Of a stretch of DNA of 64,000 nt, positions 28,644-42,746 are shown piece by piece. The notes under the pieces are model-generated. The model saw only the letters and a list, made by a program, of their open reading frames with translations. It ran no database searches and was not told the origin of the DNA. Source of the DNA: Octopus vulgaris (taxonomy: Eukaryota); assembly GCA_951406725.2 (NCBI GenBank), contig OX597832.1, forward strand, positions 42,842,001 to 42,906,000, read 5' to 3'. The position numbers and the translations under genes were made by a program. Numbering within the stretch: position 1 is the first letter of the stretch; every line of letters starts with the position of its first letter.

Positions 28644-29559
28644 CGACTGTCTACCAAATTCTGTCTACCAAATTCACGCACAAGGCGTTGGTAGAATGTC
28701 TTATAGTAGGAAACTTTTGCCCAAATTGGAGCACTGTGGGTACCATAGAACCGAACTCGAATCTCCCTGCTGGCGAAATGAGTTTCTTAACCACAGCGAT
28801 GCCTGCGACTAAATGTATAAAGAAATGTAGAAATAAAATGAACGGAGGTCATTGCATGGGAGACGTGTCAAACGGTTTTTGAAACAGCATCTTTCACGAA
28901 GAATATGGCCTCCTTTCGCTCGTAATGTCTTACCTACATTCACGCGCATGCATACACACACACACACAGAACAACACACACACACACGGAGACATGTACA
29001 TGCACAAGCACGCGTCCCCACTCACTTTCTGCCCCTCATACACTTGCGCACACGAAATTCGACTTTTACGTGACACCCTCCATGTTTTGAGAAAAATACT
29101 TGAAATTATCAAAGCATTGTTTTCCACGAAGACACAGCAGTTATCATATCGCTATTGTGTCATTTATCATACTCTGTAGAATAAAAGGCGATGGGAACTT
29201 TGGCAGGATTTCAAATCGAAATGAACAAGCAAAATGTTTAGTTTGACATATTAATTATTTCTCCCATTGGCACAAAGCCGCGCATTTTGGAGAAGCTATT
29301 GTCGAGCTGGGAGAATAAAATCTATTATAAAACTATTATGATTTATCCACAGTAGGACAGCTAAAATATCTTGCGAAAAGATATATAAAAGATGTAAGAA
29401 ACTAATATAAATAACTATAAAGGCCGGACAAAAATAGAAATCAGACTGTTTTTTTGTCTTGAAGAAAGCCAAGAAATATATATAAAAGAGCCTGAAGGAG
29501 AAGGCAGTTTTGATAAGAGAAGGTAAGAAAAACAACGGAAGACAATATTGCTATGAAGT

Positions 29560-29860
29560 TTTGGCATAGGGCCAGGAATGTCGGGGGAGGGGCAAGTCGA
29601 TAACATGGATTCCAGTGTTCAAAGTGGTACTTATTTTATCGACAGCGAAAGGATGAAAGGCAAAGTCGACTTCGGCAGTATTTAAACTCAGAACGTGAAG
29701 ACGGACGAAATGCTGCTATGCAATTCGTCCGGCGTGTTAACGATTCTTATTTCTTTACTGCCCACAGGGGACCAAACATAGAGGAGACAAACAAGGACAT
29801 ACAAAGAGATTAAGTCGATTACATCGATCCCAGTACGCAACTGGTATATAGTTTATCTGC

Positions 29861-29862
<2 letters not shown>
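29560..29862 (-). mobile_element. SINE group C
   Basis: Central domain and part of a second unit. Confidence 0.8.
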
Positions 29863-29937
<75 letters not shown>

Positions 29938-30029
29938 TATATTAAGGGAGCAAGGGTGAAATCTCCCATATGCTTGAAAATGCTGAGGCCTCTGCTCACT
30001 TAATTATAATTATATATATATATATTTAT

Positions 30030-30191
30030 ACGATGGGCTTCTTTCAGTTTCAGTATACCAAATCTACTCATTTTGCTTTAGTCGACCCGCGGCTATAATA
30101 GAAGACACTTGCCCAAGGTGCCACGTAGTGGAACTGAACTGGGAACCAAGCGGTTGGGAAGCAAGGTTCCTACCATACAGCAAAGACTGCG
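30030..30191 (-). mobile_element. SINE group B 5' half
   Basis: GAAGACACTTGCCCAAGGTGCCAC block. Confidence 0.75.
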
Positions 30192-30387
30192 TGGAAGTTA
30201 TGAGTAAAGAATTACTGTATTTGATGGCTTAAAAGACGCACGGAAATAATAGACACACCCGGATTTCAACAGCACATATTTAGGGCGGGGGAAATGTTTT
30301 TAAAGCATTAAAGCTTATGTGAGGCTCAGCTTGGCATATAGGAGCTCGAGTGAAGTGATTTTGTGACGTTTTTGAAAATAAGCAATA

Positions 30388-30771
30388 TGGAAGCACTCCG
30401 TCGGTTACGACGATGAGGGTTCCGGTTGATCCGAATCAACGGAACAGGCTGCTCGTGAAATTAACGTGTAAGTGGCTGAGCACTCCACAGACACGTGTAC
30501 CCTTAACATAGTTCTCGGGGATATTCAGCGTGACACAGAGAGTGACAAGGCCGGCCCCTTGAAATACAGGTACAACAGAAACAGGAAGTAAGAGTGAGAG
30601 AAAGTTGTGGTGAAAGAGTACAGCAGGGATCACCACCATCCCCCTGCCGGAGCCTAGTGGAGCTTTTAGGTGTTTTCGCTCAATAAACACTCACAACGTC
30701 CGGTCTGGGAATCGAAACCGCGATCCTATAACCGCGAGTCCGCTGCCCTAACCACTGGGCCATTGCGCCTC
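30388..30771 (-). mobile_element. SINE group A (tail K), full length with 13-bp TSD
   Basis: TSD AAAATAAGCAATA at 30375-30387 and 30773-30785. Confidence 0.9.
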
Positions 30772-31101
30772 TAAAATAAGCAATAACGTTCATTACCATC
30801 AAATGCAGCACATAGGTTCTGAGAGTCTAGTCTCTTGGCAAAAATAAAATACATATTCAGCATTAATAGTCTTAAAGTTCTTGTGTACTTGGAAATTATG
30901 AAATACTAATGGAACTGAAGTGGTATAAGCATAGGATTATTGAGAGCATAAAAGGTCAATGTGAATGGCAGGAAGATTAACTCTTGTGAACGATCACCGA
31001 GACAAGATTTTCTTTATGAGCAAAATAAGCGAATCGATCTCAAAAAAAGAAACAGTATCTCTTTTACTCTTCTGCTCTTTTACTTGTTTCAGTCATTTGA
31101 C

Positions 31102-31555
31102 TTTTCTGCTCTAGGCACAAGGCTCGGAATTTTGGGGGAGGAGCCAGTCGATTAGATCGATCACAGTACACAACTGGTACTTAATTTATCGACCCCGAAA
31201 CAATGAAAGGCAAAGTCGACCTCGGCAGTATTTGAATTTAGAGCGTAAAGACAGACTAAATATCACCCGGCGGTATTGCTTATTTCTTCATTGCCCACAA
31301 GGGGCTAAAGATAGAGGGGACAAACAAGGACAGACAAAGGGATTAAGTCGATTACATCGACCCCCAGTGCGTAACTGGTACTTATTTAATCGACCCCGAA
31401 AGGATGAAAGGCAAAGTCGACTTCGGCAGAATTTGAACTCAGAACGTAACGGCAGACGAAATACCTATTTCTTTATTACCCACAAGGGGCTAAACACAGA
31501 GGAGACAAACAAGGACAGACAAAGGGATTAAGTCGATTACATCGTCCCCAGTGCG
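31102..31555 (-). mobile_element. SINE group C multimer
   Basis: About 2.5 tandem units. Confidence 0.85.
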
Positions 31556-31654
31556 TTCTCTCTAAAGAAAGACTAACAGACCGTTGGGAGTTGAAAGTGG
31601 AAACAAGCCCTATAATAATAGTTACTTTGTTAAGGTTTTTAAACAAGAAGTTTA

Positions 31655-31820
31655 CTGCCCAACCACATGGTACTGGGTGACACATGGTACTGGGTGGCAC
31701 ATGGTACTGGGTGGCACATGGTACTACGTGGCACCTTGGGCACGTGTCTTCTACATTAGCTCCAGGATGACATATGACTTGTGAGTTGATTTGGTTGTTA
31801 GAAACTAAAAGAACATCGTA
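31655..31820 (+). mobile_element. SINE group B 5' half with internal 17-bp tandem expansion
   Basis: (CACATGGTACTGGGTG[G/A])x~4 lies in place of the B-box region. Confidence 0.65.
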
Positions 31821-32166
31821 TATATATATGTATCTGTGTGTGTGTGTGTGTGCCTGTGCATGTGTGGGGGAAGAGTATGTGTGTGTGTGTGCGAGAGAGA
31901 GAGAGAGACAGTGTGTGTGTGTGCGTATGTGCCGTTGTGTCTGAGTTTCTTCTCACTGTCACATGACGAACTTCACAACCGATCGTGCCTAGCCCAAACA
32001 ATAACGCAGACTGAATTCAGGACGATCGATGTATCTCACCTGTTTGATACATGCTTAAGAGTTTGCCTGCAGACATCGGGTTACATGTTATGATGTAATC
32101 TATGAATACATCAATAAAATTCTACCGAAACAGCTGTCATGAATTTATATATATATGTATACACAC

Positions 32167-32289
32167 AACGGGCTTCTTTCAGTTTCCGTCCACCAAATCC
32201 ACTCACAAGGCGTTGGTCGGCCCGAGGCTATAGTAGAAGACACTTGCCCAAGATGCCACCATGTGGTACCACACAGCCACTCCTGCACC

Positions 32290-32290
<1 letters not shown>
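32167..32290 (-). mobile_element. SINE group B 5' half
   Basis: Core blocks present, B box deleted. Confidence 0.75.
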
Positions 32291-32321
<31 letters not shown>

Positions 32322-32322
32322 C

Positions 32323-32413
<91 letters not shown>

Positions 32414-33019
32414 TATCTATCCCTTGATAGTGTGTGTGTATATACGTGTGTGTATATACGTGTGTGTGTGAGTGTATGTAAATATATGTACACGTACATA
32501 TATATACGTATGTATATGTAAATATATGTATGTAGATATGCATACATTTGTGCATAAGTACACACATACACACACACGGTCATGCGCACATAAACACTCT
32601 CGCACACACATACACTACATGTACGTACCCCCCACCCGCCGTCCATTACACGCATCTACGCACATTACACTCTCATATAGAATATAAAATATTATACCAT
32701 AATCGCTCTTTCATTTCTGATGTTGCGGTATTAATTGCTGTTGAGGTTATTGACGTTCCCAGCATCCTTCCTTCTTGTTGATGTTGTTGTTAATGTTGTA
32801 GTTGTTGGTGTTGTTTGTGTTATGGCAATTATTATTGCAGATGCTGTTGTTGTTGTTGGTGGTGGTGGTATTGATTTTGTGGTTGTTGTTTTTTTGTTTT
32901 TACCGTTGCTGTTCTTGTTCTTGATATTGCAGTCGTTATTGCTGTTGTTGTTGTTGTTGTTGTTGTTTTTCGTAACTTTTTTCTTTTTATTTATTTTGTC
33001 AAAGATGTATTATTACTGA

Positions 33020-33051
<32 letters not shown>

Positions 33052-33119
33052 TTGTTGTTGTTGTTGTCGTTTCTCCCTTCATCGCTATAATCCTCAGCAG
33101 CACTATCTGCAACATTAAA

Positions 33120-33790
33120 TTCCACCACAGCAACCAACGCCACCAAAACCACCACCACCACCACCACCACCACCACCACCACCACCATAATCACCACTAC
33201 CACCACCGTCATCAATTTCTCTGCTACTAGTAACGTCACCAGCACCACCATCACCAACACCGCTACTACCACCACCACTACCACAAATTCATCACTACCA
33301 CCATCACCAAAGCATTATCATCATCATCACCACCGCCATCGCCATCTCCAAAATCACCACCACCACCACCACCACCACCACCACCACCACCACCACCACC
33401 ACCACCACCACACCACCACTACCACCATCATCACCACCACTTTCACCAACACCCCCGCCACCACTAACGATATCGTAAGCACCAGCACCACTGGCGCCAC
33501 CAACATCAAAACCAGTACTAAACAACCACCAAGTCCACCAACACCACCACCGCCACCACCACACCACCACCGCCACCACCACCACCACCACCACCACCAC
33601 CACCACCACCACCACCACCACCACCACCGCCACCACCACAACCACCGCCACCACCACCACAACCACCATCACAACCACCACCACCACCATCACCATAAGA
33701 CCACCACAACAACCACCACCACCACCACCATCAGGAACAGTAGCACCACCACCACCACAGCCACCCCTACCCCCACCATCCCCACCATAC
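33120..33790 (+). repeat. (CAC)n low-complexity tract
   Basis: Direct reading. Confidence 0.9.
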
Positions 33791-33861
33791 AACTGCTATT
33801 GCCGCGGTCGTCATCATCTTTGACGACGTTGTCATCATCTCGTGTTCTTGTAATTGCTCTA

Positions 33862-33897
<36 letters not shown>

Positions 33898-34141
33898 GTC
33901 GTCGTTCTTGTTGTTGCTGTCATTGTCGTTTCTGCTTCAAGAGAAGCCATACGGGTTTTTTTGTTTTTGTTTATTTTTACATATTTTATTTTTTTGTCCT
34001 TTCTTCTTTTTCTGCTGTTCTTGCTATGTCCAGAAAGCAATTAGAAATTCTTCAAGACACTTGATCCCTGAAATATATTGCCTCCAGATTCGCCGATATT
34101 TCATCAACATCATCGTTTTCGATATGAATAACAACAACAAC

Positions 34142-34172
<31 letters not shown>

Positions 34173-34184
34173 TTGATGATGATA

Positions 34185-34677
34185 ATGCCCTGATGCAGTT
34201 CCAGGCAGCGGCTCTCATGGCTTTTTGATCTTAACTGATTGGAAGCGTTATCATGTACTTCGTTTTGTCTTGGTATAAAAAGATGGACTTACAGCAAATA
34301 TTCTGCTCAATACCACAGATTTGCTTGTCAGTTGTTTGACCTTAACCAGTTGAGCATGTCCCTTGGTGGCTGACGACATGTGCATCTCTGATCACGAGCA
34401 GAAGTAGTGGGGGAGCATCATAGCCATGTGTTGAGAGGGATTCGATGCCCTGATGCAGTATCAGGCAGTGGCTCTCATGGCTTCTGATCTTAACTGATTG
34501 GAAGCGTTATCATGTACTTTGTTTTGTCTTGGTATAAAAAGATGGGCTATAGCAAATATTCTGCTCAATACCACAGATTTGCTTGTCAGTTGTTTGACCT
34601 TAACCAGTTGAGCATGTCTCTTAGTGGCTGAAGATATGTGCATCTCTGATCACAAGCAGAAGTAGTGGGGGAGCAGG
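34185..34677 (+). mobile_element. Two tandem partial copies of element F
   Basis: Both begin TGCCCTGATGCAGT (34185 and 34446). About 260 and 230 bp long. Confidence 0.85.
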
Positions 34678-34858
34678 GAAGATTACGACGTCTTCACATG
34701 TATGTATGTATGTATGTATGTATGTATGTATGTATGTATGTATGTATGTATGTATGTATGTATGTATGTATGTATGTATGTATGTATGTATGTATGTATG
34801 TATGTATGTATGTATATATGTGTGTATGTATGTATGTATGTATGCATGTATGCATGCA

Positions 34859-35035
34859 GGGAAGGTTTACGAAAATAAACAAAAGACGAAGGCAGGTGAA
34901 GTACAAACAAACAATTGTATTAGTATGGCGCTCAGGAATAGAAATAAAACAAGTCTTTTACGTTTCGAGCCTACGCTCTTCGACAGAAAGATACACAGAA
35001 AGAAACAAGGAGAGAAACAAGGAGAGAAAAAAAAT
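34859..35035 (-). mobile_element. Penelope-like HHR element family P1
   Basis: Minus CTGTCGA-A-GAGC-GTAG-GCTC-GAAAC at 34962-34986. The 3' end abuts (TATG)n. Confidence 0.7.
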
Positions 35036-35784
35036 TGCGTGTAGGGGCTAACAATCCAACCGGATTAAGGCCCATAGAAGCCCTAAACACTTAAAAGGTT
35101 TTGGTACCCTCAAGTATACGCAAATGGTTCAAAATGTAAACAAAAATAATTCAAAATGTAAGCAATAATAAACCATAAAATAAATCTTTATTTTTCAAAA
35201 TGAAAACAAAACTAACAGCAATTTGGAAAATAATGTTCATTTTTGCATGCATCCATTTTATTTATATTTGAAAGTTTTCTCCCTTTCTTTTTTTTCTAAT
35301 TGCAAAGACTTCGATGATATCATTAAAATTAATATTACGTAAAATTTCTCCTTCTATATTTAGTCGAGATAAGGCATCACGAATATTATTTTAGCAAGTT
35401 TAAAGTGATTTCTTTCGTGCCGTAAGCCATTTTCATTTTCCTGGCGCCCCCTTCCCTTGATTACCTCAGCACGTGCTTATTTTGTTTAATGGGTTAATCC
35501 AGCGTTGTATGTATCTGCGTATATCTCTATGTGTGTGCGTGTTCTTGCGTGTATGCGTGTGTATATCTTTGTGTACATATTCAAGAAACAATATGTGTAT
35601 ATTACCCATAATACAATCGCCATGTCGAAAAAAAAGTCTTTTATTATCGTGTAGAAATTTTCGTATTCCATGCGATATACATAGTTCCGAAGTTGGATAT
35701 ATTTGGGGTATTTAGATTTGCTCATGACTTAGTGCTTGCTTCTTCCATGGGTATGAGTAAATATTTCATTTATGTCTTACGTAT

Positions 35785-35845
35785 TTATCGCTGACGAGGA
35801 AAAGATTCTTATGACTTAACTCTGAAATTGGGACCGATACAGTAA
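35785..35845 (+). ncRNA. Type I hammerhead ribozyme motif, partly degenerate
   Basis: CTGACGA (35791-35797)...GAAA (35824-35827), helix III ATTGG/CCGAT, AUA triplet, imperfect helix I TTATCG/CAGTAA. (TA)n lies about 130 bp downstream. Confidence 0.5.
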
Positions 35846-35975
35846 TAACGGAATTTTTTAGAATTTCTGTCGGCTTACTTCGAGACATGTATTTATAGTG
35901 ATAAATTATATGGTTATTGACAATTTGTCTTTTTTCGGCATATTTGGCATAAGAATTTTTTCTTTTGCCCTTGTT

Positions 35976-36013
<38 letters not shown>

Positions 36014-36599
36014 AAGGGGTTTGTATGATTGTGCATAGAGGGATATATATATTATTCAAAGAAGTCCCAAGTTGTCACTCCTGTCACAACCTGGGACCTT
36101 GAAAACTGCTTTAATGCAAGAAAGTATACTAGTCCTTTAATATTTGATATTCAATATTTGTAATAATATACATTTCAAGTGCAATCGTATTTCTACGTGT
36201 TTACAAGATCTTAACGGGATTGTGTGATAAGACTTTGATTAATAATAAAATTTCATGTTTTCCAAAAATTTGCCGCCGCTGTGGAATATTGCAAACCAAT
36301 TCTACAAACATAGGAGATGCAAAAGAATCAAAAGAAAAGTCTACATGGTAAACGGAAGGAACAGCATGTCAAAGAAATAATGTAATGTAGCACAAAGAAA
36401 TGTCCAGTCAGCGCCGTGTATAGAAATGTGCAAGAAACAACAATGTTGATGCATATAGAATATAACAAAAGTTTGCTTTTATGTACCATATTTGATGGCA
36501 TAAAACAGCTGTCCCCAAGCATCCTTCGGGAGAGAGAAGGGCAGAGCTTGCCTCTTTCCCACCTCGGACTCCAGTTGTAAATTATCGGAAAATAGTTAC

Positions 36600-37044
36600 A
36601 CTCGGATGAATTAGTTACAAATCTAGACGTCTGGAAACTGCCACGAACACCTAGAATGAAAAGGGCCGTATACCATATATAATAAGGACATCGGCCATGT
36701 ATCAAGGGTAAGGCAGTTCGGCGGGGTGAAAATCTTATTTAAGACTGAGCCCCTGGCAATCCAGCACTCGGTTGCCACCCGCTGCAGTGAAGACATCGTA
36801 ATCTTCCCTATATATTTGGGAAGAAAGGTGGTAAAAATAACAATATCAGGAGTGCAGACAGACTTAGACTTGTGGTAGATTCTGGCTTTCATTGCTTGGG
36901 ACGGAAGTAGTAATACTCTCCTGGATGTCAAGGTTACAAGGAAAGGGAACTTGATTGGGATCAAACAAGAGGTGTTTCTCCACGTAAATCTTGACTGACT
37001 AGCTGGGAAAGTTCCCCGACTTGGTCGCCCTGCCGAATGGAGAG
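36600..37044 (+). pseudogene. Decayed ORF1 (gag-like) of an L1/Tx1-type LINE
   Basis: Translation with stops and a frameshift: ..EDIVIFPIYLGRKVVKITISGVQTDLDLW*ILAFIA..EVFLHV..FPDLVALPNGE. Resembles RRM-type ORF1 segments upstream of zinc knuckles (from memory, not searched). Confidence 0.45.
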
Positions 37045-37087
37045 ATTATTATTATCCTCCTCCTCCTCCTCCTCATCATCATCATCA

Positions 37088-37122
<35 letters not shown>

Positions 37123-37170
37123 TTCATTTTATTATCATTATTATTATCATCATTACCATTATTATTATCA

Positions 37171-37238
<68 letters not shown>

Positions 37239-37378
37239 TAAATCTATTATCTCGATCTGATTCTTCGTCTTTCCCCATTCGTAATCCTTCTTCGGCAGCC
37301 TTCGTTTTGCTTTGAGACCACAGATACTAAGAGGAACTATACTTATAACACGGAATCCTCTACACACTGACCCTGTGG

Positions 37379-38170
37379 AACCGACCAGCTGGGATTGATA
37401 AATGTCTTAGAATAAGCGTGACAAGTTTAGACTAAGGAGACGTCTGATAACATAAGTGAGATATTTAGAGTTACGGTATTAGGGCCATGTCTAGCGTTAG
37501 ATTAAACTCTAATTCTCACTTAAACCCTCACTTGCGCCTAATCTTAAAGGTTAGAGTTAACATCGATTTGTAACCCACCCACCTACCGTCGGTTTATCAA
37601 ACCGTCCAGATGTGACTGTCTCCTGGGACAGAGACTAATTAATTATAGAAACTGCTTATGTCAGGTCTTAGAATTAGGGTATTACGATCATGTTCAGGGT
37701 TAGGGTCCCGACTAGGTTACAGTTTAACTCTTAGCTCAATCGAACCGGCCAACCGTGACTGTCTCTCGTGAACTGAAGACTGATTAGTTTCCAAAAAATT
37801 ATTTGCGTCAACTCTTTGAATTAGATTATGACGGCCATGTTTGGTGTAACGGTTCGGGTTGGGATAGGGTTAAACACTCATACTGTTACAATTACTCACC
37901 CCCCTCCATCTTGATCCAGTCGAGCCGACCAGCTGTGATTGCCCTCGGTGATGAAGTTGGGTAGATAAATCACTGAAAATATTTGGATCAGATTTAGAAT
38001 TGCTGTTTAAAGACCAGTTTTTACTTTGGAAGGAATAGCGGGGTGCTTTAGTTTAGGGTTACAATAAATACGAATTCTAAACCATTAACCTCGTCCAGCC
38101 CTAATGTAAACGCCCAGCTGTGATTGTCCCAATGGATTAAAGGCATGCATAAATCACTGATGATATTTCA
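37379..38170 (+). repeat. Degenerate ~140-220-bp tandem repeat (5 units) with TTAGGG-like pieces
   Basis: Motif with consensus ACCGACCAGCTGTGA(T/C)TGTC near 37379, 37600, 37743, 37923 and 38110. Confidence 0.6.
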
Positions 38171-38537
38171 ATACCATTGCTGAAATAAATATACTGGCAT
38201 GTTCGTAGTGGTGGTGTTAGTGTTTATATTGGTTGCAGTTGGTGTTGAGTGATTGCGTTGTTGTTGTTGGTGGTGGTGGTGGTGAAAACCAAGTTGTTGT
38301 TCTTGTTATTGTTGTTGTTATTGGTGCTGTGATGGTGGTGGTATTGGCTGTGGTTGTAATAGCGTTAGTGATAGTAGTAGGGCTAGTAGCGATATCAGTG
38401 GCAGTTTTGGTGATGCTTGTAGTAGCGATGATGTTTTAGAGGTGCTGCTTATGATAATGGAGATTTATTTATAGTGGTGTTGGTGGTGGTGTTGGTGGTG
38501 GTTGTGATGGTGGTGGTTTTGGTGGTGGTGGTGGTAA

Positions 38538-39120
38538 AGGCAGCGAGCTGGCAGAAACGTTAACACGCCGGGCGAAATTCTTCGCGGTATTTCGTCTGCC
38601 GCTACGTTCTGAGTTCAAATTTCGCCGAGGTCGACCTTGCCTTTCATCATTTCGGGATCGATAAATTAAGTACCAGTTACGCACTGGGATCGATGTAATC
38701 GACTCCATCCGTTTGCCTGTCTCTCCTTGTTTTCCCCCTCTGTGTTTAGCCCCTTGGGGATAGTAAAGAAATATTTCATCTGTCGCTACGTTCTGAGTTC
38801 AAATTCCGCCGAGGTCGATTTTGCCTTTCATCCTTTCGGGTCGATTAAATAAGTAACAGTTACACACTGGGGTCGATATAATCGACTTAATCCGTTTGTC
38901 TGTCCTTTTTTGTCCTCTCTGTGTAGCCCCTTGTGGGTTGTAAAGAAATAGGTGTTTCGTCTGTCTATACATTCTGAGTTCAAATTCCGCCGAGATTGTC
39001 TTTGCTTTTTATCCTTTCGAGGTCGATAAATAAAGGACCAGTTCTGTATTGGGGTCGATCTAATCGACTGGCCCCCTCCCCAAAATTTCGGGCCTTGTGC
39101 CTAGAGTAGAAAAGAATATT
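38538..39120 (+). mobile_element. SINE group C, complete trimer
   Basis: Head GGCAGCGAGCTGGCAGAAACG, three ~182-bp units and tail GCCTAGAGTAGAAAAGAATATT. Confidence 0.9.
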
Positions 39121-39176
39121 TTTGATTATTGAACAACTGAATCACGCTTCTCCCAGATATTTACCATTTACCATTT

Positions 39177-39798
39177 ACTTTTTACGTGTTTCAGACATCA
39201 CAATGAGGCCATGTTGGAACACTGCTTTGAAGAATTTTAGCCGAATAAATCGACCCCACTACTTACTTTTTATAAGTCTGGTAATTATTCCATCGATCTC
39301 TTTTGCTGAACGTAAACAAACCAACACCGATTGTCAAGTGTCGGGCGGTGGGCAAACAGTGATACAAACAAACAAACACACACACATATACAACGGACTT
39401 CTTACAGTTTCCGTCTACCAGTTCCACTCACGAGGCTTTTGTCGGCTCGAGGCAATATTAAGGGACACTCACCTAAGGTGACCCCACTACTTACTTTTTA
39501 TAAGTCTGGTAATTATTGTCTGGTAATTATTTCATCGATCTCTTTTTCTGAACGTAAACAAACCAACACCGGTTGTCACGTGTCGGGCGGTAGGCAAACA
39601 GTGATACAAACACACAAACACACACACACATATACAACGGACTTCTTACAGTTTCCGTCTACCAGTTCTACTCACGAGGCTTTGGTCGGCTCGAGGCAAT
39701 ATTAAGGGACACTTACCTAAGATGCCACACAGTGGGATTGAACCCGGAATCATGTGTTTGAGAAGCAAACTTCTTACGATACAGTCACGCTTGCGCCT
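39177..39798 (-). mobile_element. SINE group B with ~240-bp internal duplication
   Basis: 39252-39479 is repeated at 39480-39722. Confidence 0.8.
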
Positions 39799-40062
39799 AC
39801 AACAAAACAGCAAGAAGACTTTTCTCAAGTTCACTCGTGACAATAACTTTGTTATCTAGATTCCAACGATGGAATTCTTCGTGTCTTTGTTAGAACCTGC
39901 TCCCTTCGATATACAGGAGAATATACATATAAGAACATACATATATGTAACCCAATTTGATGGCACATACGTCTGTGCAGAGAAAGTCCTCCCGTGGCTA
40001 TTTCCGCAGCGAAAAGTCTTTCCGGATTCGAATTTGCATGAACTTGTTAAATATCATTGCTC

Positions 40063-40185
<123 letters not shown>

Positions 40186-40784
40186 GCTAGCTTGCTACCT
40201 GCATTTGTATGTATAACAGACACATGCGCGGGCTCGCACACACACACAAATACTTATATATATACATGCATGTTATATATATATACGTATATACATACGT
40301 ATATGTGTGTGTGTATGTATGTATATGTATATTTATAGAGAGAGATAATAATATAGAGACACTTACATATATCTAAGAATGTACAAAGTAGTCGATTCTA
40401 CGAAAAAGCTATCAATATGTAAATTGCTTAGAGGTGTATAAATGAATATATTATGTTGATTAAATGACACATCACAAATATTTATCAGGATCGACATGTA
40501 TTAAATACCCGCGAGACATGCGTGTTTCTCAGAAAGGGATGTATATTAATATACGAGCAGAACATTTTTCAACAGGATAAATAAACGATATTTGAGTTGA
40601 ACGAACTTGAGTTAAGACACTCGAAACGGAAAACGGAAAACACAAGTTGTAAATATTAATTCGGTTATTTTAAATATATATACCTAGAGGTGTGTGTTGT
40701 GGAATTTAATTAGGCTGCGTGACATTATATGTGTCTGTGTTTGTACATGCATAAATCACGCATAAATGCATGTTTGTGGGTATG

Positions 40785-40879
<95 letters not shown>

Positions 40880-40950
40880 TATATACTCATATAGATAGAT
40901 AGATAGAGAGAGAGATACATACATACATACATACATACATGTGTATTGGA

Positions 40951-40981
<31 letters not shown>

Positions 40982-41106
40982 TACTCTATAAATAATAATT
41001 ATAAGCTTTAAGCTAATAAGCGTTCACCGTGTAATGGCTGTAGAAAATAGTCTAATATTGGGGGAATATTAACGCATTTAACGCAGAATATATAAGCATA
41101 TAAATA

Positions 41107-41165
<59 letters not shown>

Positions 41166-41199
41166 ATATATATATATCTATCTATATATATATATATAT

Positions 41200-42235
41200 T
41201 GTTACGGAATCACCCGTCGCCGCTCGCCCGAACGGGCAGGTTCGCCACGGAACCCAGAGAGAGGAGAGATAGAACAACAACAACAACCGCAGCAGCAGCA
41301 CAGAGAGACACAGAGGCAACCGAGAGAGACACAAAACGGCAAGGCAACAACTGGCTTACATTTAACAACTAGTTTATATAACAATCAATTGTTACAACAT
41401 CAAAGCATTTAAAGGAAACAACAAATCAATACAGGTATACAACAGATCAAAGCATTCAAAGTTGCAGATACAATATAACCGTCCGGTAACGACACAACAA
41501 GGTCAATATATCAACATTTCAAAGGTACACGTCCGAAGACACAGTTCTATTTCAAATCACATCAACAAATATCGTTCACAGTTCTTTAAAGTCTTTTTCT
41601 ATTTTCTTTTGTAACATGTATCAACACAATTCTGAACATAAATACCACAACTCGATAATCGACACATCGACAAGTCCTTTACTCAATTCACATTGTTCTT
41701 TTCACTGTCTCATTTCTTTTCACTGTTCAATACATCAATTCCTTGTCCTTCTTTTTCTTCACATATCAATACACAATTCACGTACCTTAATTCCTAATTA
41801 GAATAGCCAGTGTCCCATATTGCACTTCATCTCTCTCAGTACCGCTAACTCCAACTTGCCAAGCTCTTGCCCCGAATTCCCAACTGCTCGCTTTGACGAC
41901 CAAATACCAACTGTCCTTTATCACTACCCTCAATCTGTCTCTTCCCACTAATATCCTCTCTATCTGCTCTCAGCCCTACTGCCTATCTCTATCGGCGCTG
42001 CTGCTGTCATTCTCTCATGACAGCTCTCTGATCCCTTACTCTATCTTTCTCACTGCTACTAGATTCTTCCTCGGCCCTCACATCTCTCTGACCCCTAATC
42101 GACCGCACAAGGCCAAAAGGTCCCTCCAAAAGCCATTACTCTTCCAGTAAACAAAGGACTGTCGCCTTTTTACTCCAGACCTGCAGGCTCCACTCCCACA
42201 AAGTGGGTCAAGAAATACTGCACTAGCCGAACCAT

Positions 42236-42239
<4 letters not shown>
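41200..42239. mobile_element. Solo LTR (Gypsy-like), 1040 bp, inserted in (TA)n
   Basis: Termini TGTTACGG...CCATAACA (TG..CA, 8-bp imperfect IR), with ATAT on both sides. No ORF inside. Confidence 0.75.
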
Positions 42240-42316
<77 letters not shown>

Positions 42317-42321
42317 GATAG

Positions 42322-42367
<46 letters not shown>

Positions 42368-42382
42368 GGAGAGACAGAGAGA

Positions 42383-42545
42383 TTGTTTTTCTCTCCTTGT
42401 TTCCTTGTTTTTTTCTGTGTCCCTTTCTGTAGAGGAGCGTAGGCTCGAAACGTAAAATACTTTTTCTATTCCTGAGCGTTATACTAATACATCTGTTTGT
42501 TTTGTACACCACCTGTCTTCGTCTTTTGCTTTTTTCGTAAACTCT

Positions 42546-42548
<3 letters not shown>
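42383..42548 (+). mobile_element. Penelope-like HHR element family P1
   Basis: CTGTAGA-G-GAGC-GTAG-GCTC-GAAAC at 42427-42451. Ends at (TA)n. Confidence 0.7.
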
Positions 42549-42593
<45 letters not shown>

Positions 42594-42694
42594 GTATACA
42601 AATACACACAAACACACACACAGACATATATGTATATATTTCTACACGTACATACACGTATAATATGTGTCGGTTTATATGGATCTGTCCGTGT

Positions 42695-42746
<52 letters not shown>

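Noticed and set aside
37379-38170. CRISPR-like repeat/spacer array
   Set aside because: The repeats are degenerate, the spacers are long and mutually related, the context is eukaryotic and there are no cas genes.
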